From NCBI GenBank assembly GCA_018238545.1, contig JABCTC010000001.1, positions 1 through 64,000 on the forward strand: 64,000 bases of DNA. Direction: 5' to 3'. This document shows, piece by piece, positions 48,555 through 59,375 of the stretch. The position numbers and the translations under genes are program-made. The number at the start of each line of letters is the position of its first letter. Positions within the stretch are counted from its first letter, which is position 1. The notes beneath the pieces are model-generated. The model was not told the DNA's origin. It saw nothing but the letters and a program-made list of their open reading frames with translations, and did not search any database. The DNA comes from Candidatus Heimdallarchaeota archaeon (lineage in GTDB: Archaea > Asgardarchaeota > Heimdallarchaeia > Heimdallarchaeales > Heimdallarchaeaceae).

Positions 48555-49715
48555 TTAGTAGACTCCTAATTGCTGACCTTGAGAGAGATCTCTGTGAGGA
48601 TCACGAGCACCATCTGTATAGTCGAATTTTCCTTTTGGCTTAATCAAAGTAGCAATATCACCATTTTGAACAAGTGCAGGAATAACTGTTTCAGGACTGA
48701 TTCGTTGAGAAACAACGGTACCCATTTCACCATAATTTATTCGGCTCTTGATGTCATTTTCATCAGAGACTAGGAACATATTCATTCTTGGGTGACTGTA
48801 GTAATCAATATGATGGTTATCAAAGTCAGGACTCTGGAAAGCTGTACCAAACAAACTTTGACCGTAGAAACCTATTACAGGAAGTCCCATATCTTCAGTT
48901 AGAACCTTCAGAGTTTCATTCGATAAAGGTGTGCCCCCATGGACAATTACTTGAAGATTACCTTTCTCTTTCAAAGCTTGAATAAGTGGGAAGGATTTCT
49001 CAATTAGTACACCAGTAGTGAATAACCCTTGGATGAATGGGAATTCTTGCTTGACAAGAGCTTGAGTCTGGTCTTGCATGTGTTGCAAATACATACCCAT
49101 GATCCTTTTATCAACCATTGCTGCTTTCTTAACGAAACGAGAATCCATGTCAATCATGAAAATGGATTTAGCTATGTCACGTTCGAAAGATTTGATTGTC
49201 CATTTACCTATAGTATGAGGTCCTGTTGGTACAGTTGCTAGATAAGTCAAATGAAGTGGAATACCAAAATCTTCGAATTGAGTCATACAAAGTTTTGTAA
49301 GAACATTGAAGGTATCAGTTTCGAGGTCGAAATAATCCATGCTGTCAAAGTCTATTCTAGTGGTGTTAGCCGCCAAAATATTTTTTTTCGGCGCGCCAGT
49401 TGTGCCTCCAGTTTCTGCTACTTGCAATTCTGCACCAGGTGTGCGAGAATACCATTGGTGAGCCCATTTGGTGGTAGTATAGTTTACCGAGTGTTCTCGG
49501 AATATGTTCGGGTCGGTGGGTCCAAAATGTTCTGCTAGGTCAAACCAATTGTTGACGTCTCCTTTATTTATTCCCCTTTCCTTTGCTAACTTAATCATAT
49601 AGGGCGAACCTGTTTCTTCCCCTATTGCTATATCGACACATTCCATCAGGAAATCTGTCTGATCAGTTTTGTTTATTATTGATGTTTTGTTTTTTGTGGA
49701 TGTAGATGAAGCCAT
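48555..49715 (-). CDS. Truncated adenylate-forming enzyme, PaaK/EhpF-like
   Basis: ETGGTTGAPKK P-loop, PTGPHTIG, GGTP, YGQSLFG, GD and C-terminal GVY. Confidence 0.65.
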   Translation of the reverse strand: MASSTSTKNKTSIINKTDQTDFLMECVDIAIGEETGSPYMIKLAKERGINKGDVNNWFDLAEHFGPTDPNIFREHSVNYTTTKWAHQWYSRTPGAELQVAETGGTTGAPKKNILAANTTRIDFDSMDYFDLETDTFNVLTKLCMTQFEDFGIPLHLTYLATVPTGPHTIGKWTIKSFERDIAKSIFMIDMDSRFVKKAAMVDKRIMGMYLQHMQDQTQALVKQEFPFIQGLFTTGVLIEKSFPLIQALKEKGNLQVIVHGGTPLSNETLKVLTEDMGLPVIGFYGQSLFGTAFQSPDFDNHHIDYYSHPRMNMFLVSDENDIKSRINYGEMGTVVSQRISPETVIPALVQNGDIATLIKPKGKFDYTDGARDPHRDLSQGQQLGVY

Positions 49716-49868
49716 GTCTTATCAACTCCAACCTATATCTCAGTAAATTAGTATATATACGTGGTAAAAAAGTGCGACAAAAATAATAAGTGCATTACAA
49801 GTCTTAGACTCCTTTGACAAACTTCTCTCGACAAAACTTAAATATTTTTACATATTTAGCTAACTATT

Positions 49869-50573
49869 GTGAAGAGTAAAGGTTCAATTATTGCATTTCT
49901 AATTTTCCTTCTTTCCTTCAACGTTCTCAGTGTCAGTTCTAATGTCTCTGCAGAGGGTTCACCAAACAAGGCACTGTCCTCTTCTTATGACTCTGTTGGT
50001 GATTATAATTGGACGGAAGTGGCTTTTATTCCTCACTACGAGACAGGTTATGCAGAATCAACACCAGAAAATTTTTCCAGTTCTATTTCTTCCTCAGAGA
50101 TTCATGTTTACGAAACTTCTTCTTCATATTATCACTTATATGCAGGAGTATATGCATTAGTTCCCACATTTGAAAATTCCTTGAATATGTCCTTTGAAGG
50201 AAGAGCTTCTTCAGACAGATATGATCAGGTGATTATGGGTGTAGCTATTATAGATTCTCTTACCATGGAATACCTTGACGTGAAAAGACCTTATGACTAT
50301 CAAGATACAGGGATTTCATATTCACATGATACTGGGTATCAAACATTTAATTACACTTTTAACACATCTGGTTACGCTGATGTTCTACTTTTCTTCTTCT
50401 ATGTTGATGCTACTGTTGCTTTCTGGGATCAAAATATCTGGGTAGATGATTTATTGATTTTTACAGATAGTACTGCAGAAAATGAAGACCCAAATACGTA
50501 TTTAATTTCATTCACAATCCCCATGATATGTCTCCTTTCGGTTGCTTTTGTAGTGTTCAGAAGAAGAAAATGA
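49869..50573 (+). CDS. Secreted/surface protein with C-terminal TM and basic tail
   Basis: Signal peptide, Ser/Tyr-rich body with N-glycosylation sequons; ends with a TM and RRRK. Confidence 0.7.
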   Translation: MKSKGSIIAFLIFLLSFNVLSVSSNVSAEGSPNKALSSSYDSVGDYNWTEVAFIPHYETGYAESTPENFSSSISSSEIHVYETSSSYYHLYAGVYALVPTFENSLNMSFEGRASSDRYDQVIMGVAIIDSLTMEYLDVKRPYDYQDTGISYSHDTGYQTFNYTFNTSGYADVLLFFFYVDATVAFWDQNIWVDDLLIFTDSTAENEDPNTYLISFTIPMICLLSVAFVVFRRRK

Positions 50574-50683
50574 AGCTTTCTGCTCCTCCCATATCACTAT
50601 AGTCTTCCCAAGCGAAATGATTATCCTAACTCTTCGAATATTAAGAGAAAGATATATGTACTGCTTGTCATACTGTATATACG

Positions 50684-50929
50684 ATGACCTCAATTAGTGT
50701 TCGTGTACCTGATGATCTAAAGAAGAAAATGAAGAAGCTAAACCATATAAACTGGAGTGACGAGCTAAGAGCAGTAATTTTAAGGATTATTGATCGAGAA
50801 GAAAATATAAACATTGCAAAAGCTTTACTTTCAAATGAAGAATTAAGAAAAGAAGCTCCTTCAAAATGGGATTCTACGGATTTAATAAGATATTGGAGAG
50901 ATAATCGCTATGGAAACAGTAGTAATTGA
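50684..50929 (+). CDS. vapB: VapB-type RHH antitoxin
   Basis: ISVRVPDDLKKKM...INWSDELR...STDLIRYWRD; overlaps the PIN gene. Confidence 0.85.
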   Translation: MTSISVRVPDDLKKKMKKLNHINWSDELRAVILRIIDREENINIAKALLSNEELRKEAPSKWDSTDLIRYWRDNRYGNSSN

Positions 50930-51323
50930 TACAAGTGTATTGATTAAATGGTTCGTAGATGAAATAAAATCAGATTCTGCGATAGCCATAAGAGACAGTT
51001 ATATTAAAGGGGAACTGAGTTTACTTGCACCTAATCTGATTTTGTATGAGTTATTGAACGCTTTGAAATATATTAATCTTCACAATCAAAATGAAGTTGA
51101 AAGAATATTTGAAACAATAACAAACTATGGAATAGAGTTTTGTTCTTTAGATACAGAACTAGCTAACAAAACAATAGAAATCGCAATGACTAGTAAGCTA
51201 ACGATATATGATTCTACCTATGTGGCACTTGCGAATTTAAAAAAGGGGAAAATAATTACGGCAGATGAGAAAATGCTGAAAAACACTCCAAAAGAATACA
51301 AAAAATATGTCAAACTTCTATGA
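50910..51323 (+). CDS. vapC: VapC PIN-domain toxin
   Basis: VIDTSVLIKW, YELLNAL, TIYDSTYVALA and ITAD motifs. Confidence 0.92.
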   Translation: METVVIDTSVLIKWFVDEIKSDSAIAIRDSYIKGELSLLAPNLILYELLNALKYINLHNQNEVERIFETITNYGIEFCSLDTELANKTIEIAMTSKLTIYDSTYVALANLKKGKIITADEKMLKNTPKEYKKYVKLL

Positions 51324-51351
51324 TTTGATTAATTAAACACTTTTTTTTCGC

Positions 51352-52200
51352 TTAAAATTTTATTACAAAATCACCTAATTGTTCTAGATATTTCATTCTC
51401 TCTTCAGGTTTAATATCACCTCTAGACAGATCTAAAATCACTCTATTTATCCCATTTTCTTCATACTCAGTAAGCACTGATTCTACATCTGTATCTTTGT
51501 AGATATCAACATGAACAGACAAAAAGAACTCTCTATCCTCTAATTTATCTTTGTAAGGAGAGATTATCTCTTGAATTTCTTTTCCTGTTACACCTGCTGG
51601 ATGTAATCCGTCACCATATTTTATTGCAGTTTCTAGCATATAGTCTGAGCTGCCAGCAACAATTAGTGGTAATTTGGCAAGTTCTGGTCGTATCGGTGTG
51701 AAACAGACATCATGGAATTGATAGTATTTCCCTTCAAAAGATGTCTCACCATTCCACAAAGATTTAATGATTTGTAAACCTTCACGAAGTTTACTACCAC
51801 GTTTCTGGAAATTTTCACCAAGAAAATCAAACTCCTTTTCATTCCATCCCGCACCGAAAGTCATAACCACTCTCCCATTAGTTAAATAATCAAGAGTTGC
51901 TAATTGTTTAGCGACTATGATTGGATTTCTGATAGGTAGAACGAGAGTAGAAACACCAAGTTTTATCTTAGTTGTGTGTACAGCAAGGAAAGCAATAGTT
52001 GTTAAGGGCTCAGTAATTGTGTTATAGAGTGCTGTAGTTGTTTCGCCATAGATAGTCAAACCTTCCTCATTAGCTTGCATGAGATGATCAACTGTCCAAA
52101 GAGATTCAAAACCAGCTTCCTCAGCAATTTTAGCTGATTCAATTAAGTACTTCCTTTCTAAGTTAGCATCGAAATTCTCTAAAGTATAACCTATTTTCAT
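51352..52200 (-). CDS. LLM-class flavin/F420-dependent oxidoreductase
   Basis: AEEAGFESLWTVDH, LAVHTTKIKLG, RNP...AKQLATLD and GAGWNEKEF motifs. Confidence 0.9.
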   Translation of the reverse strand: MKIGYTLENFDANLERKYLIESAKIAEEAGFESLWTVDHLMQANEEGLTIYGETTTALYNTITEPLTTIAFLAVHTTKIKLGVSTLVLPIRNPIIVAKQLATLDYLTNGRVVMTFGAGWNEKEFDFLGENFQKRGSKLREGLQIIKSLWNGETSFEGKYYQFHDVCFTPIRPELAKLPLIVAGSSDYMLETAIKYGDGLHPAGVTGKEIQEIISPYKDKLEDREFFLSVHVDIYKDTDVESVLTEYEENGINRVILDLSRGDIKPEERMKYLEQLGDFVIKF

Positions 52201-52328
52201 GATTAGTACAGCATTCTTTGTGTTCAGACAGTAAAAAATGTTTCTAGAAAATAGAAATCAAGCCCTCTTATGTAGAAAAAAAGAAAAAACTAACGTTTCA
52301 ATGATTTATCTAAAATGAAGCAATCGCT

Positions 52329-52538
52329 CTATTTTGTCTCTGTATCTTGTTCCTTTAAGACACCCTTTATTCCCATGTAATAGGAGAAACTAGCCATAAT
52401 AACTAAAACTGCGAATCCAACTATCATATACCATTCTGTGGGTAAGAGTACAAATAAAATGATTGATATTATTATTGAAGGGACAACAAAAGTGATTAAA
52501 GGCATGAATTGTTTGAGTGTATATGTCATTTTTTTCAT
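52329..52538 (-). CDS. Small 2-TM membrane protein
   Basis: Two hydrophobic helices in 69 aa. Confidence 0.6.
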   Translation of the reverse strand: MKKMTYTLKQFMPLITFVVPSIIISIILFVLLPTEWYMIVGFAVLVIMASFSYYMGIKGVLKEQDTETK

Positions 52539-52682
52539 CTCTGAATCTGAGTTTCCTGTTTTGGATATACTAATGTTACTTACATTAAAGATTATTTGAA
52601 GCTATCCTTTATCTTGAAAAGATTTGTCTTCACTTCAATTTGTTTGCAATTATTTATAAGTGTAAAATACCTATTTTCATAG

Positions 52683-53834
52683 ATGAAGTTCAAAAAAATT
52701 TATGTTGTTTATGTTGTAATTATTCTTTCTATTGCTATTCTTCTACCTGTTCTTTTAACATTAGACTCTTCTGATGAACCTATTCTTATTTTATCTGATG
52801 AAGATTTTCTAAAATATAATTTTCCAGGTATTGGAACAGTTGACGATCCTTACTTGTTAGAAAACTTGGAAATGACTGATCAAGGAAAATACAGAACTAC
52901 TGCAATTTATATTAGAAATACTACCAAGCACTTCATTATCCAAAACTGCATAATATCAAATTTTGCTAGAGGCATATACATTCTTAATGTAGCAAATAAT
53001 ACTGCGCAGATATTAAACAATCATATTGATACTGACGACATTATATCTGGAAGTTTATCTGTATACGATTGTGATTCTATCCTAATTTCTAATAATACAA
53101 TTGTGGATTCATATACAGCAATTTACATGATCGAATGTGATTATTCAGAAATTTCTCAAAATACTTTGTATCATAATAGATTAGGAATTGATATTTACAC
53201 TTCTTATGGTGTCGATGTCTTATTGAATAATTGTAGTTACAATATTAATGGAATCACTCTTCATAGTTCAAACTCAATAAACATTTTAAATAATATTTTT
53301 AATTCTAATTTTGTATGGTGGGATCTTGAACCTGACCCTACCAGTTTAGGAAATGGAATAACTATCTATTCAGGTTCTAACCTTCAAATCCTTAATAATT
53401 CTTTTTCAGAAAACAGTAGATATGGAATTTATGCAGCAAACCTTCAGTGGAGTACAATTTCTTTTAATAATATTAGTTATAATAGATTAGCAATTGACCA
53501 TGGATATGGGATTTCATTAGATCAATCTCATAACAATTCTATAACTTATAATCTAATTGAAGAAAACAGAAAATATGGTATTTATTTCTATCAATCTAGG
53601 GCTAATATTGTTCATCACAATGCATTTATTCAAAATGGTGATTCAGTAACAAAAAATGCTTATTCTTACTCTTATTGTAACAACACATGGTTTGATGTTT
53701 ATAGCTTGGAAGGTAATTATTGGCAAGGGTGGAACACAAGTCTTCCCTTCTTGGTTCAAGAAGAATCAAATGTTGATCCTTATCCTCTTTATACTAATCC
53801 AGTCAATTTAGAGCTTTATGTCCTTAAATTCTAA
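52683..53834 (+). CDS. Right-handed beta-helix (NosD/CASH) surface protein
   Basis: N-terminal anchor; GxGTxxDPY; repeated GI...S..N.I.NN; GNYW...DPYPL. Confidence 0.85.
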   Translation: MKFKKIYVVYVVIILSIAILLPVLLTLDSSDEPILILSDEDFLKYNFPGIGTVDDPYLLENLEMTDQGKYRTTAIYIRNTTKHFIIQNCIISNFARGIYILNVANNTAQILNNHIDTDDIISGSLSVYDCDSILISNNTIVDSYTAIYMIECDYSEISQNTLYHNRLGIDIYTSYGVDVLLNNCSYNINGITLHSSNSINILNNIFNSNFVWWDLEPDPTSLGNGITIYSGSNLQILNNSFSENSRYGIYAANLQWSTISFNNISYNRLAIDHGYGISLDQSHNNSITYNLIEENRKYGIYFYQSRANIVHHNAFIQNGDSVTKNAYSYSYCNNTWFDVYSLEGNYWQGWNTSLPFLVQEESNVDPYPLYTNPVNLELYVLKF

Positions 53835-53991
53835 ATGTAGATTAAATAGAAAAACAATTTTTTTCTTTTTGTAACTCTTGAAGAAATAAGAAAAATACCT
53901 ATTACATTGTGGGTGTTGATTTAGGTTTTCAGAGTACATTTCAAGAAAGCCATCCGAGCACTTATAAACATTATATCTCAAAGATATAACA

Positions 53992-54996
53992 TTGGTTGAT
54001 TACATGAGATGGCGAGAAGAAACAGATTTCAACAATATTGCTAGTTTTCTAGGGCAATTGTTTGGGGCAGATTCAAAAGAAATAAACGAAAGGTTCGTTA
54101 ATTTAGAAGAAATGTTTGTTCTCAAATTTGTCGATGATGATGAAGCAATTCATGGAGCCATTATATCCATTAGAGATAACAAGGAGCCTTCAATTGTAGA
54201 ATTGATCTATACTGCTTTTGAGGTAGATTTTGATTTCGAGCTTCACAACCCTTTTCAGCGTTTAATTAACTATTCCAAAACTGAATATATCGATTTTATT
54301 TATACAAGCACATACGTCACCGAAAACAGTTTTGTAAATGTAGATTTAGATTATCTTAGCAATTATTTAACCACTCTTGAAAGAGTTACCATGAATTTAG
54401 ATGAAAAGAAATACAAGTCTATTTGGTACGATGAAACTGGAGACAAATTAGATATCTTGAAGTATGATTACCTTAAACCCAATCAATCCATAAAGCTCTC
54501 AAAAGGAAGGAAATCCGCCAAATTCAAGATGTTTGGGTTGCAAGATGTAACTCCTGAACAGATAGCTGTTCTCCAAAGGAAGGTCTATTCAGCCACAGAA
54601 TTCGAAGACAATCTCCACATCCTTTCAAAAGAAAAATCTGACTATAATTTGTTGCATACCTCTCGTTTACTAAATAGTTACTATGGAGAGCTTGATGAGG
54701 ATATTTCTTTGCTAGCAATGACAGATAAAGGAAAACTTGCAGGCTATATTCTAGGCATGAAATCTTTCATCAAGAGTGGATTTATAATCGATTTTGCTGT
54801 AGACCCAACTTTCCAAGGTTATGGTCTAGGTAAGGTTCTTTTCCGTAATGCCATAATCAAATATTTTGAGAAGTTCAACTGTGAAAATGTAGGCGTAGAA
54901 GTAACACTATCTAATGAGAAAACGATAAATCTATTTTTATCAAACGGTTTTGAGATAGTTACTACAGGAAAAGAAGGAATACTGGTTATCAAATAA
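53992..54996 (+). CDS. GNAT acetyltransferase (C-terminal domain)
   Basis: FAVDPTFQGYGLG...N..I.LF.SNGF. Confidence 0.8.
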   Translation: MVDYMRWREETDFNNIASFLGQLFGADSKEINERFVNLEEMFVLKFVDDDEAIHGAIISIRDNKEPSIVELIYTAFEVDFDFELHNPFQRLINYSKTEYIDFIYTSTYVTENSFVNVDLDYLSNYLTTLERVTMNLDEKKYKSIWYDETGDKLDILKYDYLKPNQSIKLSKGRKSAKFKMFGLQDVTPEQIAVLQRKVYSATEFEDNLHILSKEKSDYNLLHTSRLLNSYYGELDEDISLLAMTDKGKLAGYILGMKSFIKSGFIIDFAVDPTFQGYGLGKVLFRNAIIKYFEKFNCENVGVEVTLSNEKTINLFLSNGFEIVTTGKEGILVIK

Positions 54997-55018
54997 GATT
55001 GTTCGGGATATTAGGAAT

Positions 55019-55798
55019 TTATTCAAACTCAAATTCAGCGATTTCTCCGCCTACAATGTGATAGTGAATATCTATCCTTTGTTCTTCAGGTATCTTCTCT
55101 TTGTCCATTTCTTTAGCTATTTCCTCTTTTAATCTAGCAAAATTAATCGCAATATCATTTAAGAAACTAAGAATTTGGAACAGATGTCTAGGTTTAGCAA
55201 TCTTCATGTCCAAAGGAAAATTGGCTATACTTCCAAAGGGATACTCTTTGTTTTTTGGCTTAGCTCCTTCTTTGAAAGCTTTTTCAGCGTTTCCCATATT
55301 GTTTAGCATTATATTCTCCAAATTGTGATTATATGCCAGACTTCTCCTTTCTTTTTCTGTCATATTGCCTAGATCTGGATGGTTTGCAATCATTCTTAGA
55401 TAAATATTCGCAATTTCTTCATCTGTCTGTTCTAATATCTCTTTAAACGCTTCCGGTAATTTTGTTTCTAGAGTGTCTAAAGGCGGTTCTCCAAAATTCC
55501 TTTCAGCTATTTTGGAAAGTTTGTAAAAAATTCCTTTATTCTCCCGAGTCTTCTTGTTATCCACTATTAATAATTCGGGTTCTCTGGTTAAATCTTTTAA
55601 ATGATGATAAATTGTAGCCTCATTCTTCCCCAGAATCCTTGCAAGTTTTTTGATATTTGATGATCCAAAGTTATTAATCGCTAATATTATAGCATACCTC
55701 GTTTCAACCTTGTAAACTTCATTCACTCTATCTAGCGTTTTCTTTCCTTGTGCCTTCAGTTTCTTGTAGTCTACTTTGATTTTTTTTGGTTTGCTCAT
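55019..55798 (-). CDS. Winged-helix transcriptional regulator
   Basis: TRYAII...KKLARILGKNEATIYHHLKDL. Confidence 0.75.
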   Translation of the reverse strand: MSKPKKIKVDYKKLKAQGKKTLDRVNEVYKVETRYAIILAINNFGSSNIKKLARILGKNEATIYHHLKDLTREPELLIVDNKKTRENKGIFYKLSKIAERNFGEPPLDTLETKLPEAFKEILEQTDEEIANIYLRMIANHPDLGNMTEKERRSLAYNHNLENIMLNNMGNAEKAFKEGAKPKNKEYPFGSIANFPLDMKIAKPRHLFQILSFLNDIAINFARLKEEIAKEMDKEKIPEEQRIDIHYHIVGGEIAEFEFE

Positions 55799-55956
55799 TT
55801 CTAAGTCGCCTTGTAATCCTCTTTATTTGTACTCTTACTAAAACTATATAAATTTAACCATCAAATTGTTTTGATATCCAAATGTTTAAATACCTCGTGC
55901 TAAAATAAAGATTTAATGATTAAATTATTATCATCACCAAATCATAAAAGGTGTAA

Positions 55957-56979
55957 ATGATGAATGCAAAGATTAAGACTGAAAAAGGCGAATTAAAGAT
56001 ACGAGAATGGGATTTTGAGAAAGATCATGAGGATGTCATTAAACTATTAGATATTGTTTTTGAAAAAGAATTGGAATCAAAGGGATTGAATGTTAAGGTA
56101 ATATTTGATGAATTCAAATCAATACTTCCTCTCATGAAATTCATGGGTGTTTTTTCTAAAAACTTTAAACACACACTAGATGGGTACGTTTTCGAAAACG
56201 AAGATGGAGAAATTGTTGCATCAGTAAATATAGGTTATGGCATCTTTCATTGGGAAGTTGCAATGGTAGCTACTCATCCCGATTATAGACGTCGAGGGTT
56301 AGCGAGACAACTTGTAACTGCATCGATCGTTCATGCTAAGGAACTTGGCGCTAAGTTAATTGTGTTAGAAGTGTTAGACATAAATGAACCTGCTTACAAA
56401 TTATACCGTAGTTTAGGTTTTGTTCATTATGATAGTTTAACTAGATTAAAATTAGACTTTGGTAAACTTTCTGATATTCCTTCAATAGCTCTTCCAGAAG
56501 GCTATGAACTTCGAGAATTTACTAGAAGCAAGACAACTAATCAAGCAAGATATGATTTAGACATGAGAGTAACTCCTGAAGATGTGCAAGTTTTTCATCC
56601 TGTAGATAGAAAGAAATATTTCAAACCTCTTATGATTCGAATGGTACGACCCATTGCTAAAATTCTACTCAAGATGAAACGTTTTAATTGGTTAATCTAT
56701 TATGGAGACAATCTTGTAGGAGATGTTGCAGTGTATCCTAGTAGAAAAGAAGGTTCTCCTCACAGAATAGATTTGATGCTTGATCCAGCTCATAGTGAAA
56801 TCCTTTCAGAACCGATGATATCTCATTGTTTAATGACACTAAGTAATAATACAACCAATGAAGTAAATACGCTTGTGGAGTTTAGAACATCTGATGCAAA
56901 ACAACTGGATACAACAAGAAAGTATGGTTTTGTTGATGTCGAAATTATGCATCTTTTAGGGTTGAAAATTGAGGAATAA
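55957..56979 (+). CDS. GNAT acetyltransferase (tandem GNAT-like)
   Basis: VATHPDYRRRGLA...LEV...NEPAYKLYRSLGF. Confidence 0.85.
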   Translation: MMNAKIKTEKGELKIREWDFEKDHEDVIKLLDIVFEKELESKGLNVKVIFDEFKSILPLMKFMGVFSKNFKHTLDGYVFENEDGEIVASVNIGYGIFHWEVAMVATHPDYRRRGLARQLVTASIVHAKELGAKLIVLEVLDINEPAYKLYRSLGFVHYDSLTRLKLDFGKLSDIPSIALPEGYELREFTRSKTTNQARYDLDMRVTPEDVQVFHPVDRKKYFKPLMIRMVRPIAKILLKMKRFNWLIYYGDNLVGDVAVYPSRKEGSPHRIDLMLDPAHSEILSEPMISHCLMTLSNNTTNEVNTLVEFRTSDAKQLDTTRKYGFVDVEIMHLLGLKIEE

Positions 56980-57046
56980 CCTCAATCATTTCTTTTTTCA
57001 ATGAATCTTAACTAAAGATATTTTAAATCAGTTTACTTTAGGATAG

Positions 57047-58246
57047 ATGATGCGGTTCAACAAGAAGTATCTCCTCTTAGCTATCACTTTCATTTTTTAT
57101 GTGCTTCTGAGTGTTCTCATTGAACCTGATCTATTATACAACTATGACTTTCTGATCCCTTGGTATGCTGCACTTTACATAACAAGAGGAGTCCCTCTTT
57201 ACGAACAACCTGAATTCAAGATAATTAACGGTGAATCGATAGCCTTCCCCTATCATCTACCCATCTATATCTATTTCTTAGCCTCTTTAATCTGGGTTTT
57301 TGGTGAAAGTTTCATAGCAGGCAAAATAAGCCTCGTAATTTTCGTTTTCTGCGATGCTATCCTTATTGAACAACTAATACACAAGAAGCTTTCAGAAGAA
57401 GTAAAGGAAAAAAAAGTATGGAAATATTTTAGTCTAATAATTCTTCTCAATCCATTGATTATAATTTATACATTCACGGGGCAATTTGACAGTTTACCCA
57501 TACTCTTTTTTCTTGTCAGCTATTATTTCTTCGATAAAATAGAGGGAGAAACAAATTACAAGACCGTTCTTTACTCCTTTCTTTCAGGTCTATCTTTGGG
57601 TGTAGGTTTCTTAACGAAAATAATTCCAGTACTTCTCGCACCCGTAATATTTCTAGTACTTATTTTCAAGAAAAAATATGTTGAAACAGCAGTGTTTACT
57701 GTAACCTTTTTGGGTTTCAGTGGAGGGATGTTAACCTATCTGTTCATAGTTTATCCTTTCATAAAATATTTAGGTATTGGATGGCAGATTGAGCGGGGAG
57801 CTAATTCCATGAGTGTTTACTATTATCTCTTTGATCTAAATTTCAATCTTAACGTGATTCTGATTGGAGTAGGTATGTTCGCTTTAACAGCATTTTTCAT
57901 CTTCGAACTTTACAAAAAGAAGAAACTGGATTTATTCATGTTCTCTGGAATTTATGTCCTTTCCTTCTTCTTACTCTATAGAATTTTTTATCCTCACTAT
58001 TTACTCTGGGTAATTCCTTATCTTTCAATTATCGTAACAAAATATATAGAGAAAAAACAATTTAGAAATATGATTTTACTTTTCAGTGTAATTTTCATTG
58101 AAGTTATTGCAATTATTTTGTGGTATTTGGAATTTTTTGGTTTATATCAACTTCCGTTTTGGGCTTTATTGACAATTTCTTTCTTTAATATGGGTTGTTT
58201 GATCTATTATCTATATCTATTTTTTATGTTTAGAGAAGAATCTTGA
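57047..58246 (+). CDS. GT-C membrane glycosyltransferase (GT87/PIG-M-like)
   Basis: Multi-TM; YxP, NPL, GQFDS, K..P and PHYLLW motifs. Confidence 0.7.
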   Translation: MMRFNKKYLLLAITFIFYVLLSVLIEPDLLYNYDFLIPWYAALYITRGVPLYEQPEFKIINGESIAFPYHLPIYIYFLASLIWVFGESFIAGKISLVIFVFCDAILIEQLIHKKLSEEVKEKKVWKYFSLIILLNPLIIIYTFTGQFDSLPILFFLVSYYFFDKIEGETNYKTVLYSFLSGLSLGVGFLTKIIPVLLAPVIFLVLIFKKKYVETAVFTVTFLGFSGGMLTYLFIVYPFIKYLGIGWQIERGANSMSVYYYLFDLNFNLNVILIGVGMFALTAFFIFELYKKKKLDLFMFSGIYVLSFFLLYRIFYPHYLLWVIPYLSIIVTKYIEKKQFRNMILLFSVIFIEVIAIILWYLEFFGLYQLPFWALLTISFFNMGCLIYYLYLFFMFREES

Positions 58247-59347
58247 AAATAGAAACTGTTTCTCTTCTCTTCTTTTTGTTGCATCTATTCGTTTGAAGTT
58301 ATCCAAGAAAATTTCCAAAAATAGTTGTTCATCCTTTTCAGTAAGTACAGAAGCAGATTCCAGATACTCTAAGTTGGTTTTTTTATCGAATTCTCTGAAA
58401 GCTGTATAAGTTGCAGAAATACAATTATTATCGATTTTTCTCCCTATTACTAAGCAGTTGAAGCTTCCTACATTCATGAACTTGAATTCTTTATCTTTCA
58501 TTTTAAGTGTCCTTGGTGTTTCAGGAGATTTTATGCTTTCAGAAATAACTTTTGTTCCGGCTAAAATTAATTGAATCTCTTCTAGCTCCCTAACAATCTT
58601 ATTTTCTATCAAATCTAGTCTTATCAGAGGTTGTCTAAGCTTATTCACGAGAATTATTTCTTCAGGAAGAATAATTGTTGCTAACAAACTTAGAGGATTT
58701 TTAAAGAGGGTCAAACCAAGGAGAAAGAATGCTATTGGAAGAACAAATATTCTAACTACTTTCATAGAATCTATAAAAGCTGCAATAATCCAAAATATTA
58801 GCAACATAAATGCTACTATACTAAGATTCATCCTTTTATTGTGTCTTAGTTTTCTGATGCTTCTTTTTGAATTTAAAACGAAATATGAGAACAAAATCAA
58901 AGAAGAGATTGCTGTCATTATTGGTATCATAATACTGTCAAAATTAACAGCCCAAAAAGCATTGCCAACGGAAATGAGTTGATTGTACTCAATATCGGTA
59001 GATAAAATCATTGTAGCTCCAACAATAAGAGCAGCTAAATAAGTATAGACTGGTAATCTGTCTTCTCTTATCATGATCATTCCACTAAAAATTGAAAGCA
59101 AAGACAAACTAATGGAAATATTTGCAATAATTATAAACCACACTACTACAACACTTGCAACTGTATAGAAACTTGCTACGCTTATACATACGTTTGCAAC
59201 TAAGCCTAAGACAATCCCAGCTAAGATGTGTATATAAGCAATATTTTTTGTTACTATTATTGCTTGAATGAATGCATAGATTGAGTATCCTATAAGTAAG
59301 ATAGTTTCAATCATCAGTATCAATGCTGGAATTTGCATGCTAATCAA
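58217..59347 (-). CDS. 7TM membrane protein with C-terminal longin-like domain (paralogue 1)
   Basis: Seven hydrophobic helices, then EEIILVNKLRQPLI...; clear paralogue of 59376..60518. Confidence 0.6.
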   Translation of the reverse strand: MISMQIPALILMIETILLIGYSIYAFIQAIIVTKNIAYIHILAGIVLGLVANVCISVASFYTVASVVVVWFIIIANISISLSLLSIFSGMIMIREDRLPVYTYLAALIVGATMILSTDIEYNQLISVGNAFWAVNFDSIMIPIMTAISSLILFSYFVLNSKRSIRKLRHNKRMNLSIVAFMLLIFWIIAAFIDSMKVVRIFVLPIAFFLLGLTLFKNPLSLLATIILPEEIILVNKLRQPLIRLDLIENKIVRELEEIQLILAGTKVISESIKSPETPRTLKMKDKEFKFMNVGSFNCLVIGRKIDNNCISATYTAFREFDKKTNLEYLESASVLTEKDEQLFLEIFLDNFKRIDATKRREEKQFLFSRFFSKHKK

Positions 59348-59375
59348 TTCTCAAATAATTTGCTTTCTATTAAAT

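Noticed and set aside
49716-49735. ATCAACTCCAACC as another boundary motif
   Set aside because: It has no right arm; on the minus strand it is GGAG just upstream of the 49715 start, i.e. a ribosome-binding site.
52246-52285. AGAAAATAGAAATCAAGCCCTCTTATGTAGAAAAAAAG as a sixth boundary motif (also AATCAAG at ~45462 and a reverse-strand look-alike at ~53905-53925)
   Set aside because: The palindromic arms are broken and AATCAA is frequent in AT-rich DNA; a PWM score is needed before counting these.
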